Shown one piece after another: positions 51,137 to 64,000 of a stretch of 64,000 nucleotides of DNA; position 1 is the stretch's first letter; each line of letters begins with the position of its first letter. The translations under genes and the position numbers were made by a program. The notes below the pieces were generated by a model that did not search any database, was not told the DNA's origin, and was given only the letters and a program-made list of their open reading frames with translations. Origin of the DNA: Podospora anserina (Eukaryota); assembly GCA_017654855.1 (NCBI GenBank), contig CM030334.1, forward strand, positions 682,001 to 746,000. Reading direction: 5' to 3'.

Positions 51137-52799
51137 ATGACCTCACTATCTGCTGTCATTGTTCGACCGGACCCAGATGCCGGACTGTCCGAATCCGAAA
51201 GAGCTGCCGTGGTATGTACTGAGCCCTCGATGATGCCAGTTCTGAGGTGTATTTGGCTGCTAACCACCGTGTTTTGCTGCTTTAGGACCGCAAATTGGTC
51301 CGTCGCCTAGACCTCGTCCTCCTGCCGTGGCTCTGTTTCCTCTACCTTCTTGCCTTTTTGGACCGCACCAACATTGGAAATGCCAAGATTGACAACATGA
51401 CGAACGATATTATCATGTCTAACCTCGGTTACAGTGCTGCGTTGATGATCTTTTTTGTGGCATACTCGGCTTTCGAGCCCGTTGCAAATGTTCTGCTCAA
51501 GCGGATGCGTCCCTCAATATTCTTGCCCCTGATCATGTAAGCATGAGCCTTCATTGGTTAGGTCTCGAGATCTGAACAAGATTTTGACCGTGCATGTAGG
51601 GTCGGCTGGGGTGGTTGCATGACCGCCATGGGCCTTGTGAAGAACTGGAGCGGGCTCATGGCAGCTCGATTCTTCTTGGGCGTTTTTGAGTCGGGGTTGT
51701 TTCCCGGTGTCAATTACTTCATCTCCTGTTGGTACCGGCGGGATGAGTTTGCCCTACGTGCTGTGAGTAGTCCCCTTCATCTCCATCGCCCAATGGAGCG
51801 CATAAAACCTGACGAACCGTTGTGACCCAGGCGCTTTTCTTTTCATTCGCCGCCCTCGCCGGGTCGTTTGGCGGTCTCCTCGCGGCGGCGATTTCAACGA
51901 TGGACGGTATCGGCGGCTTCGCTGGCTGGCGCTGGATCTTCATCCTCGAAGGCGCCCTCACCATTGTTGTTGCCATCGCCTCATTTTGGATGGTGCAGGA
52001 CTTTCCTGACACGGCAGAGTTTCTCTCGGAAGCCGATCAAGAGCGCGTCCTCCGCAGGCTGGACCGGGACAAGCAAAGCTCGGCCCATCACGAAAACTTC
52101 AAGATGCTCTACGTTTGGCAAGCCCTCAAGGACACGAAGACCTACCTTGCTATGGTGGTGTACATGGGCCCCATGATGCCGCTTTATAGTCTCAGTCTGT
52201 TCCTCCCTACAATTATCTCGAACCTATCATTTACCGACCCTTCCCAGATCATCAAGAACCAGCTGCTCAGCGTCCCACCTTATGCTGTTGCAGCTTTGGT
52301 GACTATTGTGGTCAGCGTGTTCAGCGATAGACACCGCAAACGCGGTATTTACAACATGGGCCTCGCCTGCGTTGGCATCTCTGGCTTCATCCTCCTCGTT
52401 GCCTCCTCCAATCCAATTGTTCAGTACCTGGGGGCCTTTTTTGGCGCTGTCGGCATCTATGCTAGCATACCACTCACCATTGCGTGGGTGGCCAACAACA
52501 CGGAGGGATCCTACAAACGCGGCATTGTTTTGGGATTGGTGATCGGGTGGGGAAACCTCAACGGACTTGTATCTTGTAATCTGTGGTTCGGTGCTCCACG
52601 TTTCCTTGCCGGCCACATTACCGTGATCGCGTATATGGCACTGTTTCTGGGTGGTGGAAGCTACATACTCTGCCGGTATTTGTACTTTCAGAATCTCGAC
52701 CGAAAGCAGGGACTCCTTGATCATCGCCTGACGGGTTTGACGAAGGCGGAGATTGGGGATTTGGGTGACGCCAACCCGGAGTTCCTTTACACCTTGTAG
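51137..52799 (+). CDS. MFS transporter, anion:cation symporter family (Dal5/Tna1-like)
   Basis: LAFLDRTNIGNAK, RFFLGVFESGLFPG, GWRWIFILEG, VPPYA; three GT-AG introns. Confidence 0.92.
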
Positions 52800-54629
52800 A
52801 GAGACTGTCTGACTTTATCCTAAGGGATCAACATTTATAGCACCTTAATGGGATTTTACAGGGCTAGGGAGGATCAATGAGTGTGCGAAAGATGATTCTT
52901 TTACATTGTATCACTTACGGCCTTCTAGAGACAATGGAATCAATTGTTTGTCTAGAGATCAGAGGATTCCGGCAAAGCGGTGGATTACGCAGCACTGTGC
53001 CTTAGACCTGCCGATGCTTGCCCTTCACCGAGGACCGTGTCTTCCTTTTCGCCATGTCAAGGCGATGATGACAAAAGGGGATAAGAATCGGCTGCCCAGG
53101 ACCCCGATATTAAGTTCAACGTATGCCAGGGGAATCCGTTTCTGTGCTGCTCGGTTGGGTTGCTTCTAAATTTACCGCTGCGCTGCAACCCCCTCTTCCA
53201 GCCCGTTGATGTTGATGCACGTCAGCGCCTACCTGGTAGACACCGTCGGGCTCAGTCCTCTGCTTCTCTGGTTTTTGCGTATACTCAAGATGGCTACATG
53301 CCGTAGTACTAGGAAGATTCGCGTGCTTTGCTTGGCACCGCAGCTTGATCGGCAACCCATGTCATGAATCTTTTTATTTTTTGAAAAAAGAAAGTTTGTG
53401 GGGTTTGAGTTGAGGTGATGTTAGCCCTCGGAAATGCAATTGCTTGATGTTTCCGTCGTACATCATTAAACCTTCAGGCGATTGAGCTTCAACCGATGCT
53501 TTCTACTACTCGTCGTAAATTTAGACAGTCGGGTCCAGATCGGCTGGTAGAGGTGCACTGGAGTGCCATAAATGGCCTGGGACTTCTCCAGATTTAATAA
53601 CTCTGGTGCCAGCGAGCTGGACCAACCGCTTACCCAATGGAACCTGCCTCGGTTGCGCCTCCGACTTGCCGAAGGTGAGCTATACAGAGCTCCGTCGAGC
53701 CATTCACGAGAGCTCAACCTGATCTACACATCTGCCGGCAGATATTTCTGCGCGCGTTTCTCCTGAAGATCAGCCAAGAGTGAGCAGCGGCGTCAGCAAA
53801 CCGCAAGCACACCTCCCCTGACTCTCTTGGCCACTCACTGAGTTTGAATTTGTGGTGCAGTAGGCAAACAAGCTGGAATCTGAGTGCAAAAAGACCTCGG
53901 AAGGATCCATTGCATGTAGCAGCAGTTCGAATAAGGTGACATACCACACAAACAACTGGGCTTGTCCCACGACCTCACCTTTCATTTATGACGCCGCACA
54001 CCTACACCCACACGCCGTTCAAACTCAATTGAAGACTGTAGCACCTCCAACTGTTCTGGTTAGGTGGTAGGTAAGGTATTGAGGGATGGTGTATATAGAT
54101 GGCTTCCCCACCCCTCCCGCGTTTAACCTTCTTTGGCGAGTTGATCGAGCTGTGAGGCTCCCTTTTTGTACATACTTTGCATACATTCATTCAGGTTCTC
54201 GTGAAGGAAGTCGAACACCGCGACGATATCACGGGCTTCCACTAACACAGAACATCAAACCATGTTTCCTTGATTCGTTCCGGATTTCATTTCACCAATT
54301 CTGCATATTTCTCATCGTCGGCGTCTATTGGGCATTGCAAGTTCCCTTTTTTCCAAGTTGTAGGTTGGCTTCGACAACTGCGTGACATTTTCCCCAGACT
54401 GACCCACACCTCTCATCAAGATCTTTTCCAATTCCACCACCTGAAGTTGCTCCAAGCACCAGTGGCATTGACTTCGCGCTCGAAAATATCCTCTATCTCG
54501 TCGATCTCACCGTTTCTCCTTGTCCCAAACGACATGTTTTAACACAAACAACAACCGTCTCGATTAGAGTTTCTTCTTTCTATTTTTGTTACTGAAAATA
54601 CCCGTCCTTTTCTTTCGTCCGATCCGAAG

Positions 54630-56779
54630 ATGCCCGTCATCCCGTTTTTTCTAGCCAACACCACGACCCTCGACTCGGTCCGCCCCCTGTTGATTTTGAC
54701 CGAGGAACAAACCGATCTTTTGGTGACAATCGAGCGGGCGCTGGGGTCTGTCTCTCTGGCTGCCGTCACGCTAGTGTTCGTGGCCTTTGCTTTGTTCCGT
54801 TCTGTTCGGACGGTTCCAAATTGCTTTTTGGTGTGCTCGTCAGTCGCGAATGTATTCTCATCGGTGGCTACCTTTATGACTCAGGATGGCCTAAGAACGG
54901 CTATTCAGAATGGGGACAAGGGGTTGTGCAACGCGCAGGGATTTCTGTTTCAGATGTGAGTTTGCCTGTTGTCTTGAGTACTGGTCGGGTAGGCAGGTGG
55001 ACATTATCCGTAGGGACTAATCAATGGACTTGAACAGGTTCTTGCAGTCCAATCCATGGTGGTCGTTTGCTATGGCTATCAACGTGCTGATTGTATTTCG
55101 ATATGGTGCCGACCCGGGACACTTTAAGAGGTGGTGGTGGGTATACTGCTCGATCTGTTATGGTGGACCAGGAATTTCTGCCGGTATTTTGCTCGCCCTG
55201 GGTTACTATGGCAATGCTAGGGTAGGTTGGATCGCTCTGATCCAGTCCAACGAAGCTGACAAACAATCAGATATGGTGTTGGATTGATTCCTCACATCAA
55301 ATGCTACGGATCTACACCCAGTACCTCCCAGTCTGGATCTGCATCTTGGGCACTCTCCTGATCTACCTAGGTCTTGGGATCCATATATTTCGATCCCGAA
55401 ACGATGTTGACACGAAGTTTCCTCTGAGAGCAAGCCCCGAACACCCACCCATCCTCCAACCCATACCGCGCGACAGGAAGTCCTTTTTGTCATTGAGCGA
55501 CTGGCCTCTGTCCCCATTTACTAGTAGCGCCCTGTTTCCAGAATCGCCCGACGGTACTCACCCCCTCGCGCCGATGCCTATGACTGTCACTCGTGCGCAG
55601 TCTAGCCACACCCGCAACAGCCGGTCTATACACACCCGCCCAAGCCGATCGATCCGAACCCAACACAGCCGGTCTACAAGAGCTGCCCTACCAACCAGGG
55701 TAGCCAGTGCACCGTCGAAACGAAGCTCAAGTTACATGCGTGCCTTTGGGCTCAACCCCCGCCGAGCTCCCTCCCCTCCTCCAACTCTTAGTGAACAAGA
55801 CGGAACCTTGGAACCTCGAACGGCGGAACCTCAGAGTGTGAATGGCTTAAGGGAGATCATAAGCGCATTTACCATCGACGACCCGGTCAAGCGGTCATAT
55901 CTACTGACTGCGGGCCTCTCCGCCTTTGCAATTCTGGCCACATGGATACCAAGCAGCATCTTTCGCGTCAACCAGATTCTTCATGGAGACACAAACTTCC
56001 CAGCATACGTAGCCTCTACCGCTGCGTTATCAATCCAAGGGGTCTGGAACTTTCTGATCTTCTTCTTGATCAACAGACGGACCTGCGTATCTTGCGTCAG
56101 GGACAGACTTTCCACACCCCAGCAGTCCCGAATGTCGGCCTCGCTCGATCATGGACAGAGATCAAGGCCACTGACGACGGTCCATGTCGGAACACAAACC
56201 GAGCTCAACCGCGACATCATTGGGCTGGCCGAGAGCGCGGATATTGCCATCGAGACCAAGAGCATCAGAACCCTTCCTGAGGTCACCGAGATATACCAGA
56301 ACGATGACATCCTTACCCACCCACTGCCGTCGCGAGAAAAGGACGCCCAGGGTCCAGCAAGCACAACCAACCTCGCGGCGACGATGACCACCCCACCCAC
56401 AGCGCACCTGAAACCGCAACCATCCAAGCGCTCCCTTCGTCCAATCGGCCCAGTGCTCAAAGAGAAGCTCTCATCCAGCAACATGAGAAGAGACCTCACA
56501 GTTCGAATCCCCTGGCGCAGCCCAAGTAGAACAAGCAACTGGAGCCTCTCAACAACGGGAAGGAACAAGAAGGACGAGGAAGGCTCAAGGGAAGGGGAGT
56601 CCTCCCAGCGAAGCTACAGCTGGGACTTCTTGGACATTGGTCTAGAAAACAGAGGCAACATTTTGGCTGCTATCAGCAGCAGGGGAACACCGACCGGGAG
56701 TGGTGGAAGTCCGATAACGCTTCACAGCAGAGCTAGCGCGGTTATGGGACACAGCAGAGGAGTTTCGTCGCCTTGCTGA
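54630..56779 (+). CDS. cAMP-receptor-like G-protein-coupled receptor (spliced)
   Basis: TM segments with IER..SVSL, CNAQGFLFQM|FLQSNPWWSFAMAINV, WCWI, TWIPSSIFR, QGVWN; two introns (~54956-55037, ~55222-55270). Confidence 0.85.
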
Positions 56780-57293
56780 TGTTATTTCTTATCTTACAGA
56801 TAGCTCGGCTACAGCTACTTATTAATGTCGATCCATTGGTATCCGTTTGCTTGGGCCCAAGACGCGCAAAAGCTTTCAACAATGCACTCATGGTCAATTC
56901 CATGGTTCCTCTTGTGTGTTGTTGGAGTTGGCGTTCTGGTGTGGCCAGGAACAAAGGAGTTCTGAACAAAATGCCGAAATGGGGTTGACCCGAGCCAACT
57001 CGCCAGTGGCTTTGTTGACCGGTTGCAGGATTTGAACAGTACGGCAGTCCTTGTCGGCAGTGGCATGAACACCGCATTGTATGGAAAGGGAATGCAAACA
57101 ATCCACACTCTAAACCTCACAGGAGGGTCGTGACGTCGATGCATGCATCACCTCTTTGTCTGCAGAGTACATACGCATCGAGGCTCGAATCTGAACCCCG
57201 AGACCGACCTCTCTAGTTTTTCGCTTTTCCGGTGCTTGCGCTTCCATACCTTTTTATCGTTCCCCTAGTAGCACCACTCTTTCATCCGTCAAG

Positions 57294-59014
57294 ATGTCCC
57301 CGTATCGTGCGTGCTACGACAATTCCTTTCGTCCGCCGTCGCCCTCCTCAGGGTCGACCGATGATGAGGACTATGAAGCCTATCTGCAGGCTTCTCCTTA
57401 CAACAACAGATCGTATGTTTCGAACAAAAAATCAGTGTCTGGAGGGAAAACAACGAGTACGACGTACAGAAGCCCTCCGCTGGATACCTATGAGTTTGAA
57501 AGACAGCCCTATCCTACACCAAGGACCCAGGCCCGAGAAAGTCCCTCGACGTCCGACTCGGATGAATCAAACCCCTCGGATCCAGAGTATGATTCCAGAC
57601 GGGGGGGTTACTCTCGAGACTGGGACTCGGACCCGCCCGACAACCGCTTTGAGGAAGCCAAGCGCCTTGTCTTCTCCGTGCTTCTCTGGGTACTAGACAC
57701 TGCCCTCAGTGTACTGCAGTATTTATTGGAGCTTCCATTACGGGTACTCCGCGCGATCCGTCCTTGGGCCCTGTACACCTTCCTATTTGCCTTATCAGGT
57801 GTATTGATCTATGCGACTTTGAGGCCCACGATTCCTTATATCTATCGAGAGATCAGAGAGGATCTTTTGACCTCGGTCCCCTACGGCAGGACACGAGATA
57901 AGCACTGGGCTTCCCACGAACCCGGCGTTTTCGACAACGTGGTGGCTTTTCTATGGGGAGGCAGGGCTGAATCGGAGAAGGACAGAGGGCCGGAATACCT
58001 GAAGAGGGTGGAAAGCCTGCAAGGGGGCTTTGTAGCCACGGCCCAGATCTGCAAGCAAATATTGGTGGAAAGTGCAGAGATGTACAAGTCTCACGATTCT
58101 TTCAAAGAACTGTGGCGTTTGGTGTACGACTCGGATTGGGAGAGAGGCACGATGGCTGGCGAGGAGTTGTGGGCAGTCTGGAAAAGGATGGCTTTGGAGA
58201 CAAAGGCGTAAGTAAAAAGTCTCTGGGGAACCTTGTTGCTGTCATAGAACAGGAGCTTACTAGTGGGGGTTCTAGGTTGATTGGTGACTTCCAGAAACGA
58301 ATACGGCTTTTTCACACAAAGATAAAAGAAGAGGACTTGAAACTCGTGGACTTGGCCCACCAGTCGAAGCAGCTGAAAGCTCTGAGGCCTTCTGAGGAGG
58401 AGCTGGCGGCCGGGAAGAAATCTACATCGCCAAAGATCCTCCGCTCCAGACCTCGAGGCACAGTTTTACCGACCGCGAAAGTCGATAGTGAGGAGACAAA
58501 GAAGGAGACGGTGGAGCTCGACGAGCTAGGAAGACGCCGGTTGCGGGATTTGGTAGTAACGAATCTGGACAGGACGCGGTCATGGATTTCGGCCGCGAGG
58601 GTCGATCTTAATATTTTGATGAGAGAATTGGAAGTCCTTCTAAGAGGGCTGGAAAAGGCCACCTCCATCGTCTTCCACATATACCCGGAGAGGTATTATC
58701 ACGACAGGGTGGAGTTGGCTATATGGAACAGGCTTCTCACGAAGGCGCGCGAATCTGGCTTGAGTGACAAATCCGCAGAAGACCTCAAAAAACTGCCCAA
58801 ACACATATTGAGCGCACAGAAATGTATATGGTCAATGGTTACCACGCTGGGGAAGTCTTCGGAGGAGATTGAGCTGCTGACGAACGCTCTTACTTCGACG
58901 ACTCGTAGATTGGCACCTAGGTGGACTGTTGATGAAGTTGTGGGCGTGTACGCGAACATCTCCCAAGATCTGGAAGAAAGTGCAGATTTGTTGGGGCTTT
59001 CAACCTTGCCATAG
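57294..59014 (+). CDS. Hypothetical membrane-anchored helical protein split over two overlapping frames
   Basis: ORFs 57294-58211 (acidic/Ser N-terminus, hydrophobic segments) and 58112-59014 (helical) overlap in different frames; junction unresolved. Confidence 0.5.
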
Positions 59015-61007
59015 TCAAGATAGTATAGGTACAAGCGTATATTAAATTTGCTTCGTTCTCGACTTGCCCATTCTATTCTGGTGTTTGGATTCTACCTTTG
59101 CCTGTGTCCGGTCGCCTTGAGTGCGCTGGAAGTTGACTCGTTCGTGTCGTCGAGATTGGCTATCTTGTTGCGTCGTGGTTGGTTTGTTCCTGGCTCGAGA
59201 AGGAAGGCCATATCGAAGGCATTCAACGGTGGTACCTAATTTCGTGTAGAGATTGTTAGCATTGTTTCTTTTTCTTTCTCGGTCAAGCATGACGCATGGA
59301 AAGAGGACAAACAATTCTAAAGGCCTTCTGGGGTCACAAACCAGGAAAAGAACAAGGTTTGACCGATGAATAGGTACGCCATAAAGATGGCCAGCCTACA
59401 CCTAGCATTTGCCAGCCAGCCGGGACCACGTCCTGTCTGACGAAAGTATCTGAAGAGTTCCCAGGTATTGACAAAGGGTAATCGGGTGTGCTCCAAGAGG
59501 CCGATACACGGCTCCGAGCGCCTGGAAGCCCTAGCCACTCTGAGCACCCTGTCTGGTTGCCCCTTCCTCCCCTGGGACATGCCACCCCAGACATAAAGGA
59601 TCAAAAGCAGGACCTCCTTCCAATAATCAGAAAGACAGTGCCGGTGGCTCAATGGTCAGGGCGCAGACTCCTTATTCTGCTACCTGAGCACTGACGTCGC
59701 TAACACATTCTACCTGAACAGGGTTCGAATCAGGGAGGCCAGCATTCTTCTCACTTACCTCGCAGTATTCTTAGGAGTGGTGTTTGGGTGGCTGGGGCTG
59801 GGAACGACTTGCTACATATTTAGGATTCTCGATTAAGGGGCCACGTCTTTGGGGTATCACCTTGAACGTAGGTTCTCATCTCCTCACATCTTGTCCTTCT
59901 GCATCTGGTGGTTGAGCAATCGGCACTCGGTTCTTTCCTTTTTTCTCCCAATCCTTTTGTTACTAGGTTGTTTAGACAAGGCTTGTCATGATTACGTGCA
60001 CGGGCTAGACAAGATTTCATAGGATAGCTGCTATCTTTTCATCGGACTAGAGATATCTCAACAAGGCGTTGGACACGGGCATGGATGAAGCCCACAATCA
60101 AAGCCGTGGTGGGTGATATTTGGACTCCACCTGGAGTTTGGAGTTGCTTCCTGTATTTTTTTCAGGGCGAAAAAGAAAGGCACTGGTTAAATGCACCTAC
60201 CCTTGGCCTTTATGTTTGTCTGTTAGAGTTTTTATCTGATTGCTTTAGCTATTAGATAGACGTAGGGACAAACTTAAGCAACCGTGAAACTAGACACCTG
60301 TTGAGGCTCTTCGGTGTTACACAAATCATGGATGTGTGGTGGCTATGGATTCCATTTAATTACCAGGCTGAAGGCCAACGCATGATGTTTTGGTGTGCCT
60401 TGAGCTTTGCCAACACCTGATTTCAAGCGGGCTGTGCCACAGGTCATAGGAACCTGGGATCGTGGGACTGCATCACTGTTCTCCCCCAGTCATTTTCCGG
60501 TTGGAGGCCAACCATGTTGCAAGCCACCACAAGCGGCCGACAGCGTCATTTACACGCCAACTTTATATTCGCCTTGTACATCCATTCTTCAATTTCTGTT
60601 TTGGTCACAGGTCAAGCGGTGGAATTTACGTTCTTCACTTCAGCCTTTCCCACACAATGTATTGGATACCAAGTACCCTCACCTCCTACGGGCGAGCATG
60701 TGTTGTCTGCGTCATGAATATGCTGCGGCCTTGCGCCTATATAATACTTCGGTGAGACTTTCACCTGACAAGGTGACCAGATCCCATTGCGAGGCAATAA
60801 AATGACATGGCTCAATCCGCATTTGAGAAAGAGTGCCAGGCTTGCTGAGTGATGAGGTGAGTGAGGGCTATATAGTAGAAACCGATCGCACTTCAACCCC
60901 CTACCTTCGAACCGCAATTTTTTGAATCTGCCTTTCAATTTTGGATTTACGCAACCTACTTTACATCAAGGACAAGCAAACTATACACTCGTACAGACAA
61001 AGTTAAA

Positions 61008-61340
61008 ATGTGCATCAAATGGATCGACTACTACCGTTGCGGGCACGAGTTGGCGACAGATTACCACAACTGCTCCCGCCGTCATCTGCACATTGAGGAG
61101 AGAACTGGCTATGTATCATCCCGCGGTTGCGACCTCTGTTCCCGCCCGGGCTCAATCATTACTACAAGACGAACAACAGTGAGGAGATGGAGTTTCGGCT
61201 CCTCGGATGATCTCCTCAGTCCGAGCTTATTGGCGTCACGGCCGGCGAGAATCGAACGCAGCTACACGACAAGCCGCCGCAGCAGCTGGTATGAGGGCAG
61301 GCATTATCATCGCTATCACTACCACATAAGCAATCATTAG
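61008..61340 (+). CDS. Small Cys/His protein (110 aa), possibly zinc-binding
   Basis: ATG in AAAATG context; MC-x8-CGH..C..CDLC pattern; TATA at ~60869; T-rich 3' flank. Confidence 0.55.
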   Translation: MCIKWIDYYRCGHELATDYHNCSRRHLHIEERTGYVSSRGCDLCSRPGSIITTRRTTVRRWSFGSSDDLLSPSLLASRPARIERSYTTSRRSSWYEGRHYHRYHYHISNH

Positions 61341-62100
61341 GAGTTCTGTTTTTGTAGTCTCTTGGGCGAGTGTGGAGATACTTCGTTGAATTTGCAATGT
61401 CTCATCGGGGATGGGTTTTTTGACTTTTTTGGGGCATTGAACTTTTCATTTGTTGATTTATTTGCAGGAAGAGCTTTGTTACGTCTTGATCGGGGTGAAT
61501 ACTTTGCATTACGCTGCTTCTGAATTATCATCATGCGTGTTGATCTCTTGGCTATCCTTAGAATGCTCAATAGATTAGATTTACTTGCACCAGATATGAT
61601 GAGAAGCAATGTGACGTTGTGCCGGTCGAAGATCCACATCTGTTGCACTCTCATTTAGGTCGACAGATGTATTTGAAGCGGTTGACATAGGGGAGACGCA
61701 AGAGTTTTTAGACTTGATTTGTGCCAGATGCTACGTTGTGGAACTAATTTGTGGCGTTTAGGGCTTGCGTAAAAGTCGGGGGTTTCAGCGGCATAGTGCT
61801 ATAAACCCAACCTAACCGAGGCCCCTAAGGATTACCGCCCGGGGCTGGAGCTTCTTCCATTCCAGGTTGGTTGAATAAAGTTCCCAGTGCATGTGGCCTC
61901 ATGCTTACCTACCTAATAGAATTGGGCCGAGTCACCAGGCATCTGCTAAATTTCCTGTTGGTCAGACAGGTCCTTGGACTCCACCACCTGCAACGGACAA
62001 CAATCTGAACACTCCAAATCCGCAAGAATAGATCGAAACAACTGTGTGATCCGTGTCAGCGGAAACCTCCCCGAGGCAAGTATTCATAACCTGTTCTGTT

Positions 62101-63230
62101 ATACAATATCGGGACCTGACTGAAGAAGACCGCCGCAGGAAGCGCGAGCACTACCGAATTATTCCCCATTCCCGTACAAGCCTCAGACCGAACACTCCCT
62201 CGAGGTAACGTGGAGCGGCCACCAAGACATCGGAATTAGCCCCCTACCAATCGTTATTACCAGAAGATGCTTCGGAGGAAGGCTATCGCCGGTCATGGAG
62301 GTCGAGTTTCCCGCGGCCGTGTCCGGCAACATGACGGCTATTCTCAAGCTCTTCGATCCCCGACACCCCCCGACGTTTCCCATGGGACAGAGAGGGCTTC
62401 TTCGACCCCATGGACCCCATGACCAATTGGCATGGGAAGATTTTGTACGAAAGGACAAACTAAGGCCGTTCCTCGACGAAATTACGGCAGTAGAGAAACA
62501 AGGCCTGTGGTCCGCATGGTATGAGCTAGGCGACGAAGAACCGCAATCACACGAGGCATTGGGTAGATACGAAGCAGGCCTGTATCGCACAACATTGGAG
62601 GAGTTCGACAGCGAGACAAGGGCGTATGGACGGTTCAGGGATCTGCAAGGGAAATGCATTCCAAGGCTTTATGCCCACGTTTTCATCCAGGCGCAAACGG
62701 CTGATCCAGCCCTGGCTGGACGACCCGAGTTCAGCATCTTCGGTATTTTCATGGAATCCATCCGAGGCTTCATCCTAGAAAAACTCCCAGATCTTCCCGC
62801 CTCCGACGCTCCGCCCAAGGAGCTCTGGAAGACGATTGTTCAAGATGCTGTCTACGCAGCAAACGAGATCAATAAGCGAGGTGTGGTCATGCTTGACTGT
62901 AGAGCTGGCAACGCCTTGGTAGAACACGACACGCATCGTGTTGTGATTCACGATTTGCCCAGTGCCAATTCCGCGACGAGGTAGAAGCCATGTATGCAGA
63001 GCAGAAAGCAGAGGCCGAGGAGGGCGACGAAGAGGAAGACAACGGGGGGGAAGCTCATGAGTGGGAATCGAGCGATGGTCTGCCCCGCAACTACGAAGAA
63101 TACGTCCGCTTCCATGGGAATTCATTTGCCATCGGAATGCCTCTCACAACCAAGATTTTGAGAAAGGCTGGCGTCGATCTAGAGCATAGCATCCGCTATC
63201 TTTGCCGGGATAAAGAGGTGGATGTCTCTT
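62101..63230 (+). pseudogene. Fungal protein-kinase-like gene, frameshifted
   Basis: ILKLFDPR, DLQGKCIPRLY, FMESI, DCRAGNALV; adding one T at ~62955 restores HDFAQCQFR and joins ORF 62990-63232; a second frameshift is likely near 62165. Confidence 0.7.
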
Positions 63231-63586
63231 AGTCTTTCCGGACAGATTTGCGATAGTTTGCTTCACCGCCTCATGTCGGTACTGTTGGTTAATGAAGTGG
63301 CGAAGTCGGCTGTGCTGTTGCTGACTGGAGTTGGCCCGAAAAAGGTGGCCCTCGCAGACTGTTGGCAGAAGATCTTTGCAGGACCAACCGTTCAGTGTGT
63401 GAGGTCGTCTGATACGACAAGCTTCACCCCACCTCCTAAGCATCTCCAGGCAGAACTTACAGCCAAGCCACCCTGCTTATTAACAGCGGCAGTATAGCAA
63501 AGGACTATTTAACGTGCACTCGAACCGATAACTCTCTGAACTCACACACTCTCGCTACTAACCAGACACTGAAGACTGTATCCATC

Positions 63587-64000
63587 ATGGCTCAATCAAG
63601 GGAGTTAGTAGACCCATCAGCGGTGGTCAATCGCTATCGCGCGTTCGATAGATGGCAAGTAGCCGATCTCCCACCTTCCTTTTCGCGAAAATTCCTAACG
63701 AGAACCATCACAGGACCAAGGCTGGTAGTTCCACCCGCAAGGACGTCTTCCTCCACACGCACCAAATCATCAAAGAAATCCATCCCGACCACCATGTCAC
63801 CAGAGCGAGACCAGGAGGCGAGATGGACCTGCTAGGCTATGCAGCCGCAGGTCACGCAACCGCCGTTCAGGACAACTACAACCCCTCCGGGACCAATGAC
63901 GTGCCAACCCACAACGTCCCCGGCTTCTACCTTGACGCTGTCCGCGCCTACAAAGCCAGCCCCAAGCCCTTTGACCGACCAGGAGGAACCCTGATTGACA
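63587..64000 (+). CDS. 5' part of a spliced gene, probably a fungal AAA-family ATPase; runs off the window
   Basis: Exon 1 MAQSRE...FDRW, GC-AG intron at 63655-63713, then an open frame to the end with DLLGYAAAGHATA. Family is recalled from this N-terminal motif; the P-loop is not in the window. Confidence 0.6.

Overview
Fungal (filamentous ascomycete, Sordariales/Podospora-like by repeat style; inference) genomic window. Positions 1-13.7 kb are a repeat graveyard mutated by repeat-induced point mutation (RIP): nested Ty3/gypsy relics, solo LTRs and a pogo/Fot1 element, with two damaged genes among them. Positions 14-31 kb hold ordinary genes: a secreted ferritin-like protein, a CYP52-like P450, a 2-hydroxyacid dehydrogenase, a Gly/Ser-rich membrane protein, tRNA-Ser(AGA), an F-box-like/ankyrin protein and a GH18 chitinase. 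Positions 33.8-52.8 kb form a compact secondary-metabolite cluster: Zn2Cys6 factor, complete highly reducing PKS (KS-AT-DH-cMT-ER-KR-ACP), divergent SDR and MFS transporter. No release enzyme or partner PKS is visible, the PKS/SDR promoter carries a repeated ACTCCGGG motif, and a pogo transposon sits 5 bp after the regulator's stop codon. The right end has a cAMP-receptor-like GPCR, two frameshifted genes and the start of a probable AAA-ATPase gene. The most unusual sequence-level signal is an antisense tRNA-like cloverleaf inside the gypsy relic. Family assignments come from recognised motifs, not database searches.
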